Assembly: GCA_903844855.1 (NCBI GenBank)
Contig: CAIMVH010000044.1
Span: 575-64,574, forward strand
DNA: 64,000 nt
Direction: 5' to 3'
Source of the DNA: an uncultured Actinomycetes bacterium
Lineage (GTDB): Bacteria; Actinomycetota; Actinomycetes; Nanopelagicales; Nanopelagicaceae
The notes beneath the pieces are model-generated. The model worked only from the letters and a program-made list of their open reading frames with translations. It made no database searches and had not been told where the DNA came from. The position numbers and the translations under genes were made by a program. Shown in pieces: positions 38,621 through 47,964 of the stretch (within the stretch, counting starts at the first letter, position 1; every line of letters starts with the position of its first letter).

Positions 38621-39343
38621 TTAGAAGGGCGGCCAAGGGACCGCCGGCCAATCATCCGAAGGTTGCGGAAATGTGCCTCGGCTGCGCAGGCTCTCCCTCC
38701 TGGTCAAGAGAGCGGCAATCTCCTCAGGATGTATGAGTCGCTCAAGAACCGGAAGCGCGTCTTCAAGACGATTCAGATCGTTGAGTAACTCCACTGGTAT
38801 CGGTTCTCCGCGAAAGTGCCAAAGTACGGTGCGCAACTTATCGTCCTGATGAAAAGTTACTCCATGATCGCACCCGAAGATGCGGCCATTCAACGGAAGG
38901 AGATGCCCGAACTTTCGATCTGTGTTATTGATGAGGGCGTCGAAGAGCACCATTCGGATAATGTCTGCGTGGTCCCCCTGACCCGCTTCGACGATGTCAA
39001 TCTCTTCATCAATATCGATCCAGGATTGCACCATACCGATTCCGTATGGTCCATCGCGTAGAAGTGTTGGCGGCACTACATCCCAACCTAGAGCCTCAGA
39101 GAGCTGGAATGCGGCGACCTCTCTTTGTGCGAGCGTGCCATGGGGAAAGTCCCAGAGAGGACGTTCTCCACTAGTGGGTTTATAGATGACATTGCCCAGT
39201 AATTCTTTACCTACGCGAATGGATCCAAAGAGAGTGGCATTGGATGCCTCGACAAGGCGTCCTGATACTTCAATCTCGCCAAGCGCGAGTTCGATGAGCG
39301 AGAGCACTTTAGCGACGGTAACCGTTAGCTCTGGGACAGACAT
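38621..39343 (-). CDS. SCO1664-family protein with a PI3/PI4-kinase-like catalytic-loop pattern
   Basis: INNTDRKFGHLL and GCDHGVTF resemble kinase catalytic and activation-loop motifs. Synteny with DUF3090, a phosphatase and mshC is conserved. Confidence 0.65.
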   Translation of the reverse strand: MSVPELTVTVAKVLSLIELALGEIEVSGRLVEASNATLFGSIRVGKELLGNVIYKPTSGERPLWDFPHGTLAQREVAAFQLSEALGWDVVPPTLLRDGPYGIGMVQSWIDIDEEIDIVEAGQGDHADIIRMVLFDALINNTDRKFGHLLPLNGRIFGCDHGVTFHQDDKLRTVLWHFRGEPIPVELLNDLNRLEDALPVLERLIHPEEIAALLTRRESLRSRGTFPQPSDDWPAVPWPPF

Positions 39344-39827
39344 GACCCGTGGGATCGAGCACTAAGCCACAGAATGGGCAGGGTGGGCGCCCGGCAGAAA
39401 CAATGGCCTGAGCTCCAGTTGAAAATTCAAAGGCGGCGTCAATCTTCAACTGGACACGGAGAAGATCAGGGCCCTCTTCTTCATCTTCGTCTAGCAAGGT
39501 CTCGCTATTTTCAGCGATAGCTTGCGCTTCAACAATGACTAGGTTCTCTTCATTACTGAATGCCAGACCTAGGACACCCACCCTAAACTCCTCTACTAGT
39601 GGGAGATCTAAGGCCGATCCACCAGGTTTTGCTTGAGGACTTGTGCGCCCCGCAATCATCTCGAGTATGCGAGCTGCAAGCAAAGAGACTTGTTCCTTCT
39701 CCAGCGAGACCGAAAATGATCTTCGACCGTCTATTACCTGCAGATAAAAAGTCCGTTCCCCAGGCAGGCCGATGGCGCCGGCAACAAAAGTATCCGGATT
39801 ATCGAATTCGTGAATGACTCGAGCCAT
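39309..39827 (-). CDS. DUF3090 family protein with a C-terminal zinc-ribbon-like motif
   Basis: The start is set at MARVIHEFDNPD. The C-terminus is CPFCGLVLDPTGHVCPR (CxxC...HxC). Confidence 0.65.
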   Translation of the reverse strand: MARVIHEFDNPDTFVAGAIGLPGERTFYLQVIDGRRSFSVSLEKEQVSLLAARILEMIAGRTSPQAKPGGSALDLPLVEEFRVGVLGLAFSNEENLVIVEAQAIAENSETLLDEDEEEGPDLLRVQLKIDAAFEFSTGAQAIVSAGRPPCPFCGLVLDPTGHVCPRANGYRR

Positions 39828-40491
39828 CGCCGCCCCCCACCGTTGCCGCGCTCTTGCGAACACCAAGTAAACTTTCGAGCCCATCTGCTCTTATATTTTG
39901 CGATATGACAAATCGCGAGTTTCCTTCTTGCCGCAAGATAGAAACTGAAGCCGGATCAACCACAATTTTCTGAAAAGCGTCCAGATGGAGCCCCAAGGAG
40001 TGCGCAATGATTGCCTTGATCACATCCCCATGAGTGAATATCGCAATAATTTGACGTTTCTTCCCCTTCGAATATTGAGCAAAAACTTCATCTATTGCCT
40101 GGTTCACTCTCGCATTCATCTCGAGAAAGGATTCACCCTCGGGGAACCGCACTTGAGAAGGGGTGCTTTGAATTGCACTCCACTCCTTGCGCTTCGCAAG
40201 GACAGATAACTTGAGCCCGCTCCATAGGCCATAATCCATCTCAATCAAATCAAAGTTCTTGGTCAATGAAATATTGGGATGGTTCACACCGATAGCGCGT
40301 GCTGTTTCCATACATCTATCAAGAGGACTAGAGACCAATCCAGTGATGGGGACGTTGGCCAATGCCAAAGAGAGCCCTCTCGCTTGATCCTTACCAGTCT
40401 CATCAAGGCGTACGCCCTTGGCACGCCCGGCTAACACCCCAGAAGCGTTCGCCGAAGAGCGAGCGTGTCGCACCAAGAGTATTTCGGTCAT
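39799..40491 (-). CDS. Histidine phosphatase family protein (MSMEG_4193/Rv2135c-like putative phosphomutase)
   Basis: RHG-type motif LLVRHARSSAN and a downstream FTHGDVI histidine. The start ATG 40491 shares one nucleotide with the uppP stop. Confidence 0.75.
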   Translation of the reverse strand: MTEILLVRHARSSANASGVLAGRAKGVRLDETGKDQARGLSLALANVPITGLVSSPLDRCMETARAIGVNHPNISLTKNFDLIEMDYGLWSGLKLSVLAKRKEWSAIQSTPSQVRFPEGESFLEMNARVNQAIDEVFAQYSKGKKRQIIAIFTHGDVIKAIIAHSLGLHLDAFQKIVVDPASVSILRQEGNSRFVISQNIRADGLESLLGVRKSAATVGGGDGSSHSRIR

Positions 40492-41306
40492 CAGGAGATC
40501 ACCCCAGCACCAAGAGCTACAAATACCGCGGAGCCTAGAGCAACGCGATAAATCATGAAGCCGCGAAATGTGTGTGTAGTGAGGAATTTGAGGAGCCAAG
40601 CGATCACTAGATAGCCCACTCCGAAAGCGATCACCGTGGCAAGAATGGTCGGGGCCCAACTAGGCGAATCCACTCCCCCAATCTTGCTCAGTTCTAAACC
40701 TCCTGAGCCAAGGACCGCTGGAATGGCAAGTAGGAACGAGTAACGAGCTGCCGCTACCCGTGAGTATCCGAGCGCTAAACCGGCAGCTATCGTGCCGCCC
40801 GATCTCGAAACGCCCGGGATGAGCGCCAAACTTTGTGCAAGTCCGAATTTAATTGCGTCGGGCAGCGTGAGAGATGTCAATTCCTTGGTCTCACTAGCGC
40901 GACGATCAACTACTCCAATTATGAGAGCGAAAACGATGAGCGATAACGCAATGAGTTTCAATGATCTGAATTGGTTTTCAATCGGATCCCTCAGCGCAAG
41001 AACGAGAACCGCGATTGGCAGAGAACCGATAATGATGAATAAGGCTAGACGCCAATCGTTACCCTTTCGATAGGCGCTGCCCGTGAGACCTTTGATAAAA
41101 GCTTTAACAATCAAGATGATGTCTTTACGAAAATAGAGAAGTACTGCAATCTCCGTACCAATTTGAGTCACGGCCGAGAAAGCAGCGCCTGGATCTGACC
41201 AGCCGAATACCGCCGCGGTAATTCTCATATGGGCATTTGATGAAATGGGAAGAAATTCTGTGAGACCTTGAACGACGCCTAAAACGATCGATTCAAGAAA
41301 ACTCAC
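40491..41306 (-). CDS. uppP: Undecaprenyl-diphosphate phosphatase
   Basis: BacA family motifs (GVVQGLTEFLPISSNAH; PGVSRSGGTI) and an eight-TM profile. Confidence 0.9.
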   Translation of the reverse strand: MSFLESIVLGVVQGLTEFLPISSNAHMRITAAVFGWSDPGAAFSAVTQIGTEIAVLLYFRKDIILIVKAFIKGLTGSAYRKGNDWRLALFIIIGSLPIAVLVLALRDPIENQFRSLKLIALSLIVFALIIGVVDRRASETKELTSLTLPDAIKFGLAQSLALIPGVSRSGGTIAAGLALGYSRVAAARYSFLLAIPAVLGSGGLELSKIGGVDSPSWAPTILATVIAFGVGYLVIAWLLKFLTTHTFRGFMIYRVALGSAVFVALGAGVIS

Positions 41307-42361
41307 GATCCGACACCCGCTTTATCGAAGGCTTCTGCGCCCATTCGCAGCGCCTTAATCCGCGCCTCGGTCGGCACCGAGTCAGGAAGGGCCAGCGCCA
41401 ATGTGGTGACACCTGCCGCTGCGTGCGCTTGCATCTTCTCTGCCATACGCTCCGGACCGCCCAAGAGTGAGGTTTGATCGAGGAAATCAAAAGGAATGGC
41501 CATCATGGCACCGTCGTAGTCGCGAGCGAGGTACTTGTCCTGCACCTCTTCGGCCTCCTTTTCGTAGCCCATACGCACGACTAAATTGTTATAGAAGTTC
41601 TTATCTCGACTCCCCATGCCGCCGACATAGAGTGCGGCATAAGGTCGAACTAGATGGGCACACATCTCAAGATCGCGACCGGGAACTATCGGCATGGTGG
41701 ACATCACCTCAAAACCTTCCATGGTCTTACCCACTTTGTCTCGGCCGGTTTGGATATGTGAGATCTGTTCAGGGGCAAAATCTGGAGCCAGGAAGACGGC
41801 CAGCCAACCGTCAGCGAGCTCACCTGCCAACTCTAAGTTCTTTGGACCCACGGCTGCGAGAAGGATTGGAATCTCATCTCTCACGGGATGAATGGTGAGG
41901 CGAAGTGCCCTTCCGGGACCATCAGGTAAGGGCAGCGGATAGTGCACGCCATCGTGCTTCACGACCTCGCGCCCTAAAGCCATCCGGAGGACTTCTAGAT
42001 ACTCCCGAGTGCGTGCTAGCGGTGCGACAAAACGTACGCCATGCCATCCTTCGCTCACCTGCGGGCCGGAGACACCGATACCGAGTCGGAAGCGACCCCC
42101 TGAGAGCGCATCGAGGGTCGCAGCGGTCATAGATGTGAGAGCGGGAGTGCGACCAGGGATTTGGAAAATCGCTGATCCCAGGCCGATCCGTTCGGTTTTC
42201 GCCCCTATCCACGAGAGCACGGTGGCGGCGTCTGATCCATAAGCTTCCGCCGCCCACACGGAGTCAAACCCGAGGCGTTCGGCCTCGAGGGCTAACTCAA
42301 TATTGGCGGTGTTAGTAGCGGCCTCGCCTGACCAATATCCGAGATTAAGTGCGAGCTTCAT
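41303..42361 (-). CDS. LLM-class (luciferase-like) flavin/F420-dependent oxidoreductase
   Basis: MKLALNLGYW N-terminus and a luciferase-like TIM-barrel pattern typical of the actinobacterial F420-linked subgroup. Confidence 0.75.
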   Translation of the reverse strand: MKLALNLGYWSGEAATNTANIELALEAERLGFDSVWAAEAYGSDAATVLSWIGAKTERIGLGSAIFQIPGRTPALTSMTAATLDALSGGRFRLGIGVSGPQVSEGWHGVRFVAPLARTREYLEVLRMALGREVVKHDGVHYPLPLPDGPGRALRLTIHPVRDEIPILLAAVGPKNLELAGELADGWLAVFLAPDFAPEQISHIQTGRDKVGKTMEGFEVMSTMPIVPGRDLEMCAHLVRPYAALYVGGMGSRDKNFYNNLVVRMGYEKEAEEVQDKYLARDYDGAMMAIPFDFLDQTSLLGGPERMAEKMQAHAAAGVTTLALALPDSVPTEARIKALRMGAEAFDKAGVGS

Positions 42362-42419
42362 GATCCTCCATAGCGTGGAAGATCAGATTACAGCCTCTTC
42401 GGGTACTAGTGTCGCGTAC

Positions 42420-43370
42420 ATGGAACTGCGCCGCCTCGGATCTACTGGTCTACACCTCTCGAGGATTGGTCTGGGAACCATGACTTGGGGTCGCGACACT
42501 GACGAACATGAGGCAGCCGATCAATTGCGCGAATTTGTTGATGCTGGCGGAAATTTCGTCGATACTGCTGCGCTCTACGGCAGCGGAGATAGCGAGCGTG
42601 TCATTGGAGGCCTACTCGGGGCGTTGGTAAAGCGTGAGGACATTGTGCTCGCATCAAAGTGCGGTCTCTCCTATATAAATGGAGTAAGGGCGGTTGATAC
42701 TTCAAAGCGCACCATCCTTCGAGAGTTAGATCAATCTTTACAACGGCTTGGCACCGACCATCTCGACATTTGGCAACTTCACGCATGGGATGACATCACA
42801 CCTTTAGACGAGTCTCTCGCAGCACTCGATGTAGCCGTCATCTCTGGCCGAGTGCGATATGCCGGAATCTCCAATTACACCGGTTGGCAAACAGCTCGGG
42901 CATTCTCGATACAGGACAGTGCAGCCCTCAAGGCGACAATCGCCTCAACACAGAATGAGTACTCACTCCTTTCAAGAAATGTGGAGAGAGAGATACTCCC
43001 CTGTGCGCAAGCATTAGGGATGGGATTCTTAGCGTGGAGTCCACTCGGTCGCGGGGTACTCACTGGTAAATATCGAAGTGGACTTCCGGTCGACTCTCGC
43101 GGAGCAAGTCCACATTTTGCAGGCTTCGTGGAACCGTATTTGGATCAACGTTCGCGCAGCATTGTTGATGCCGTAGCCGCCGCCTCTGACGGTCTTGGTA
43201 TCGCGCCCTTAGAGGTCGCCCTCGCTTGGGTTCGCGATGCTCCTGGGGTGACTTCCGCAATCGTCGGTGCGCGAACGGCCGCACAGCTTCGCGGCGTGCT
43301 TCTTGCCGAAGGCGTCACACTTCCTGCAGTTGTTCGTGAAGCGCTTGATGACGTGTCGACTCCGAGCTAA
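42420..43370 (+). CDS. Aldo/keto reductase
   Basis: MELRRLGSTGLHLSRIGLGTMTWG N-terminus, the motifs DTAALYG and GISNY. The start was trimmed to ATG 42420. Confidence 0.8.
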   Translation: MELRRLGSTGLHLSRIGLGTMTWGRDTDEHEAADQLREFVDAGGNFVDTAALYGSGDSERVIGGLLGALVKREDIVLASKCGLSYINGVRAVDTSKRTILRELDQSLQRLGTDHLDIWQLHAWDDITPLDESLAALDVAVISGRVRYAGISNYTGWQTARAFSIQDSAALKATIASTQNEYSLLSRNVEREILPCAQALGMGFLAWSPLGRGVLTGKYRSGLPVDSRGASPHFAGFVEPYLDQRSRSIVDAVAAASDGLGIAPLEVALAWVRDAPGVTSAIVGARTAAQLRGVLLAEGVTLPAVVREALDDVSTPS

Positions 43371-43382
43371 GGAGATGTAACG

Positions 43383-43586
43383 ATGGCCAAACAACAGAGC
43401 GTTTTGGAGTATCGAACGATTACGGTCCCTAAGGACTTCCCGCGCAGTGCTGTGAAATCAATGCTCGTCGAAGAGGCCGAACTCCACCATTGGACGTTGG
43501 ATAAAGTGCAGATTCGTCACGACGGAAAGCGCATCATCACACTTCGCCGGAGAATTATTCGTGCCATCAGAATTGATTTTGGCTAA
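43383..43586 (+). CDS. Small conserved protein (DUF5703-like)
   Basis: 67 aa with the pattern YRTITVPKDFPRSAVKSMLVEEAELHHWTL, and compact spacing after the AKR gene. Confidence 0.5.
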   Translation: MAKQQSVLEYRTITVPKDFPRSAVKSMLVEEAELHHWTLDKVQIRHDGKRIITLRRRIIRAIRIDFG

Positions 43587-44896
43587 ACGTTTCGCAGGAA
43601 GCGATCCAGCACGCGTGCCCCAAATTTGAGGCTCTCCACCGGTACCCGCTCATCGATTCCATGAAAGAGCGCGGTGAAATCCAAATCTGCTGGCAATTTA
43701 AGTGGAGAGAATCCATAACCCTTGATGCCCAATTGCGAGAGCGCCTTATTGTCCGTGCCGCCGCTCAGGGTATACGGCACAGGAATCCCCTCTGGGTCCT
43801 CAGCGAGAATCGAGTTGACCATGTTCTCCACCATCGCGCCTTCGAACGCAGCCTCAAGTGCAATGTCTGAAGTGATGGTTTCTACCCGCACCTTTTCACC
43901 TGCCAGAGTCCTAATTGTTTCGTTCAGTTCATCTTCAAACCCGGGTAGGAAACGACCGTCGATTACCGCACTTGCCGTCTGAGGTATGACGTTCTCCTTG
44001 TACCCCGCATTTAATCGCGTGGGATTTGCAGTGTTTCGCAAAGTGGCTCCGACCAGTCGGGCCACTGGGCCTAATCGCGCTACGAGAGGTTCAGGATCAT
44101 TAGGGTCATATTCGACTCCCAAGACTTCTGCCACTCGCTCAAGAAGCTCATCAACCGATTTAGTTCGGCGAAGTGGCCATTCATAATTTCCGATACGAGC
44201 AACTGCTTCTGCCACGGCCGTGACGGCGTTATCTGGATGAACCATAGAGCCATGACCAGCGCGTCCTTCAGCAACCAGACGCATCCAATGGATACCTTTC
44301 TGCGCGGTTTCGATCATATAGAGGCGAGCTTTGTTCTCCAACGTGATGGAAAATCCACCCACCTCAGAGATCGCCTCATTACATCCTGCAAAAACATCTG
44401 GTCTGTTCTCCACCATCCATCGAGAGCCATAGCTTCCGCCGGCTTCCTCATCGGCAAAGAAGACCAGTGAGATATCCCGAGGAGGCTGGTACCCACTTCG
44501 CGCCCAACTACGCACGGTAGCGAGCATCATGGCGTCCATATCCTTCATGTCGACGGCCCCGCGACCCCATACTGCGCCATCTTGGATCACACCAGAGAAG
44601 GGATCGACTGACCAATCTTTTGCGTCGGCCGGCACTACATCGATATGGCCGTGAAGGACCAACCCCGGTCGATCACTTGCGCCCTTAATCCGGGCGGCCA
44701 CGTTCGTGCGCCCAGGGGCAGATTCGATAAGTTCGGACTCAATACCGACCTCTGCAAGGCATGAATGAATATATCGGGCGACCTCTTGCTCGTCTCCGCG
44801 ATCGCCAAAATTCTCCGAAGGGATTCTGATCAGGTCTTGCAGAATCGCTACGGTCTCATTCTCCATGGTCTCTTCCATGGCTACATCATGGCGCAT
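43583..44896 (-). CDS. M20/M25/M40 family metallopeptidase (dipeptidase-like, Rv2141c-like)
   Basis: The pattern LVLHGHIDVVPA...WGRGAVDMK...FFADEE holds the metal ligands. The start may be ATG 44878. Confidence 0.8.
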   Translation of the reverse strand: MRHDVAMEETMENETVAILQDLIRIPSENFGDRGDEQEVARYIHSCLAEVGIESELIESAPGRTNVAARIKGASDRPGLVLHGHIDVVPADAKDWSVDPFSGVIQDGAVWGRGAVDMKDMDAMMLATVRSWARSGYQPPRDISLVFFADEEAGGSYGSRWMVENRPDVFAGCNEAISEVGGFSITLENKARLYMIETAQKGIHWMRLVAEGRAGHGSMVHPDNAVTAVAEAVARIGNYEWPLRRTKSVDELLERVAEVLGVEYDPNDPEPLVARLGPVARLVGATLRNTANPTRLNAGYKENVIPQTASAVIDGRFLPGFEDELNETIRTLAGEKVRVETITSDIALEAAFEGAMVENMVNSILAEDPEGIPVPYTLSGGTDNKALSQLGIKGYGFSPLKLPADLDFTALFHGIDERVPVESLKFGARVLDRFLRNV

Positions 44897-44983
44897 GGGG
44901 ATCCCTGATGGGCCCCTAGGGAGGGAAAAGCCGGCAAATTGGGTGGGAGTCGGTGAAGTTGGTACTCTCGCCCTTCACACCTT

Positions 44984-45070
44984 GTCCGGGTGGCGGAATA
45001 GGCAGACGCGCTAGCTTGAGGTGCTAGTGCCCGAAAGGGCTTAGGGGTTCAAGTCCCCTCTCGGACACCA
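44984..45070 (+). tRNA. tRNA-Leu (anticodon GAG), long variable arm, CCA encoded
   Basis: Manual fold: acceptor GTCCGGG/CTCGGAC, anticodon arm CTAGC-TTGAGGT-GCTAG, variable arm TGCCCGAAAGGGCTT, T arm AGGGG-TTCAAGT-CCCCT, then ACCA. Confidence 0.9.
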
Positions 45071-45091
45071 AATGGCGTTAATTGCCTCGCT

Positions 45092-46021
45092 TTAGAGACC
45101 ATTCTCGGGATTAGGCCCCAGAGACTCCATCGCGCGTAGCGTTTCAATCCGCTCTTGAATCGGCGGATGTGTGGAAAACAACCTTGAAACAGCCTTTCCA
45201 TCAAGAGGCGATTCAATCCAAATATGTGCCACTGCATTTGAGCGTTGTCGCACGACAGTTGAATCCGCAGCTAACGTCTCGAGAGCACGACGAAGGCCGG
45301 CAGGATTACGCGTGAAGGAAACTGCAGTGGCATCGGCCAGTGATTCGCGCCGGCGTGAGATCGCACTGCGCAAGAGCATCGCAGCAATAGGAGCTAGAAT
45401 TAAAATGGCGAGCGAAACGATAAGCAGAAGTGGATTTTGATTACTGTCACGCCGATCGCGGCCACCCCCGAACCACATCATGCGGGTAAGGAAATCACTC
45501 AGGATTGCGATCGCGCCGGCAGTTGTTGCAGCAACAGCTGAGACAAGTGTGTCGCGATTTGCCACGTGTGACATCTCGTGCGCGATGACCCCTTGTAACT
45601 CATCACGATCCATCACCTCAAGAATGCGTGTGGTGAATGCGATGAGGGCGTGTTCAGGATTGCGCCCAGTGGCAAATGCATTTGGCGCATCATCTACAAC
45701 TATTGCAACCTTGGGCATTGGCAATCCGCTGGCAATGACAACTTCTTCAATGAGATTAAAGAGTTCTGGATTATTTTCGCGTTGAATGACTTGAGCACCG
45801 GTCATCGTCAGAACTAATTTATCGGAACCGTAATACGATCCCCAGACACCAACGAGGGCTATGCCGACAGCAAGTGGCACCACAAATGTTGTTGTCCCTC
45901 CACCGAAATACGCTAGTGCGGCGTAGGCAACAAGCCATGTAAGTACGCCCATTGCTGCAAGGAGAAAGTATGTTTTGCGCTTATTAGATCCTTGCGCGCT
46001 GCGAAAGTTCGAAGCCGCCAT
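45092..46021 (-). CDS. htpX: M48-family zinc protease HtpX
   Basis: HEMSH zinc motif and N-terminal TM helices. It is paired with lemA. Confidence 0.85.
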   Translation of the reverse strand: MAASNFRSAQGSNKRKTYFLLAAMGVLTWLVAYAALAYFGGGTTTFVVPLAVGIALVGVWGSYYGSDKLVLTMTGAQVIQRENNPELFNLIEEVVIASGLPMPKVAIVVDDAPNAFATGRNPEHALIAFTTRILEVMDRDELQGVIAHEMSHVANRDTLVSAVAATTAGAIAILSDFLTRMMWFGGGRDRRDSNQNPLLLIVSLAILILAPIAAMLLRSAISRRRESLADATAVSFTRNPAGLRRALETLAADSTVVRQRSNAVAHIWIESPLDGKAVSRLFSTHPPIQERIETLRAMESLGPNPENGL

Positions 46022-46023
46022 TG

Positions 46024-46575
46024 TTAGAAGGAGACCTGAGGCACTTCGCGTGACTGTGGATCTTCTACTTCATAGAATGGGCGAGCGCTCACCTTTGCAA
46101 GTCCGGCAAAGAAACTTGTAGGAATCGTTGCAACAGCCTCGTTGAGTGATCGCACATTATCGTTATAGAACTGACGCGCAAAGGCAACCTTATTCTCAGT
46201 TGTTGAAAGTTCCTCTTGGAGTGAGAGAAAGTTTGATGATGCCTTGAGGTCTGGATATGCCTCAGCAACTGCGAGCAAACCGCGAAGTGCCTGCGTCAAC
46301 ATTCCATCCGCTGCTGCAACATCTGCCACTCCTGATGCTGATGTTGCCTTTGCCCGAGCTGAAACAACGGCATCGAAAGTTGATTGCTCGTGAGATGCAT
46401 ATCCTTTTACTGTCTCAACTAGGTTAGGGATGAGATCAGCGCGGCGTTTGAGCTGAACTTCGATCTGTGCGAATGCTTCATCGACGCTGATATTCAAGCG
46501 GACGAGGCGGTTGTATTGCGCCACAGTAAATATTGCAAGAAGTGCAATGATGCCGATAGCTACATAAATTTCCAT
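46024..46575 (-). CDS. lemA: LemA family protein
   Basis: N-terminal TM segment and the conserved pattern YNRLV...V..A...I..QL.RR.DLIPNLV. Confidence 0.85.
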   Translation of the reverse strand: MEIYVAIGIIALLAIFTVAQYNRLVRLNISVDEAFAQIEVQLKRRADLIPNLVETVKGYASHEQSTFDAVVSARAKATSASGVADVAAADGMLTQALRGLLAVAEAYPDLKASSNFLSLQEELSTTENKVAFARQFYNDNVRSLNEAVATIPTSFFAGLAKVSARPFYEVEDPQSREVPQVSF

Positions 46576-46746
46576 ACTTACTTCAACCCCCTCAACGACA
46601 GGGGATATTCCCGGCCGGTGGGACGATCTTACTCCGGTGGGTAGTGAGGTGCCCCTTGAATATTCGATTTCCGGCCTTTTCCCGCCATGTATCGTTTAAG
46701 AGAGACAGCACCAATATTATGTGAGGCAATGGTGTCCGAATCCCCG

Positions 46747-47241
46747 TTAAGCGAAAGTTCTAAGTTCTCCGGTTCCCACATTAAAGATCGCTCCCGCCAC
46801 CTCAATATTTGCGGCTAAAAGCGGGAATGACTTGATTCGGTTCAGGTCTATTTCGAGTGCTTCAAGTGGGTCGCGTACTGTGCGAATTTCAATTGATCGG
46901 GTGTCGACACCGGATTTCTCGAGGATTGCCGCGTGGATCTCTGCTTCCGTGCCGCTGGCCATCCGGCAATCAGTATGTGGCATCACCAGAATGCGAGAAA
47001 CGTTGAGCAGATGGGTGGCGAGGACAAGAGTGCGCAGTACGTCGTCGGTAACCCGGGCTCCAGCGTTTCGAATGATTTTGGCATCTCCCGGCTGCATTCC
47101 CATGATGGCCAGCGGAGCAATTCGCGAATCGATGCAAGTGATGATGGCAAGACCGCGAGCCGCTTGACCGGTGAGCGCACTTGACTGGAAATCCTCAACA
47201 TATCGGGCGTTAGCCGAAAAAATGTCCTCGAAGCCCGTCAC
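46747..47241 (-). CDS. Beta-class carbonic anhydrase
   Basis: Zinc ligand motifs CIDSR and HTDC. 164 aa. Confidence 0.8.
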   Translation of the reverse strand: MTGFEDIFSANARYVEDFQSSALTGQAARGLAIITCIDSRIAPLAIMGMQPGDAKIIRNAGARVTDDVLRTLVLATHLLNVSRILVMPHTDCRMASGTEAEIHAAILEKSGVDTRSIEIRTVRDPLEALEIDLNRIKSFPLLAANIEVAGAIFNVGTGELRTFA

Positions 47242-47870
47242 TTGATCTCCTTCATTTCTTTAGCAACCGAGTGTGTGATCTCACGCAAATGGTGGCGACG
47301 ACAGAGAACTTCATATCCCACTACGGTGTCAGAGTCGGTATCCCCCACATAAACTTGCTCGCCTTCGGTGACCATCGTTCCACCAAAGGTACGAGCATTA
47401 TGTGTGGCTCGAGCTCCGCACCAACAGAGCGCTTCCACCTGCAGAGTATTGACGCGATCGGCTAGCTCAACTAGTCGAGCCGATCCGGGGAAGAGCTTTG
47501 TACGAAAATCAGCAAGGATGCCAAAGGCATAAACATCTATTCCCAAGCCGTCTACAATCTGTGCAAGTTGCTCGATATGTTCAGGTGAGTAGAACTGAGC
47601 CTCATCGCAGATGACAAACTCGACGCGCACACCGTTGGAGACCAGTTCGCGCACGTGGCTATGCAAATTCAAGTCAACACTTACTTCGACTGCCGCTTTC
47701 TGGAGCCCTAGACGTGACGAGAGAACACCTGCGCCAGCTCGGTCATTACATGTGAATATGATTCCCGTGCGACCACGAGATTCATGGTTATGGGCTGTTT
47801 GGAGGGCAAGCGTCGACTTACCGGCATCCATGGTGCCGCAGTAATAGATGAGCTCAGCCATACAGGACAT
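47238..47870 (-). CDS. tdk: Thymidine kinase
   Basis: P-loop GTMDAGKST and the C-terminal zinc motif C.C...(A).......C..H. Confidence 0.9.
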   Translation of the reverse strand: MSCMAELIYYCGTMDAGKSTLALQTAHNHESRGRTGIIFTCNDRAGAGVLSSRLGLQKAAVEVSVDLNLHSHVRELVSNGVRVEFVICDEAQFYSPEHIEQLAQIVDGLGIDVYAFGILADFRTKLFPGSARLVELADRVNTLQVEALCWCGARATHNARTFGGTMVTEGEQVYVGDTDSDTVVGYEVLCRRHHLREITHSVAKEMKEIK

Positions 47871-47964
47871 CTTGCCACGAGATTCCTCCGATTTAGGTCA
47901 CCACGATGTGGTGCATGGCCATCACGTACCCTAGGGTCGGAGCACTCAACTGTTGGAGGTTTTC

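Noticed and set aside
46576-46746. A 170-nt spacer between lemA and the carbonic anhydrase gene. It contains a 19-codon minus-strand ORF (MAGKGRKSNIQGAPHYPPE).
   Set aside because: It has no SD, no hydrophobic or otherwise recognisable peptide character, and no obvious structure. It most likely just holds the lemA-htpX promoter.
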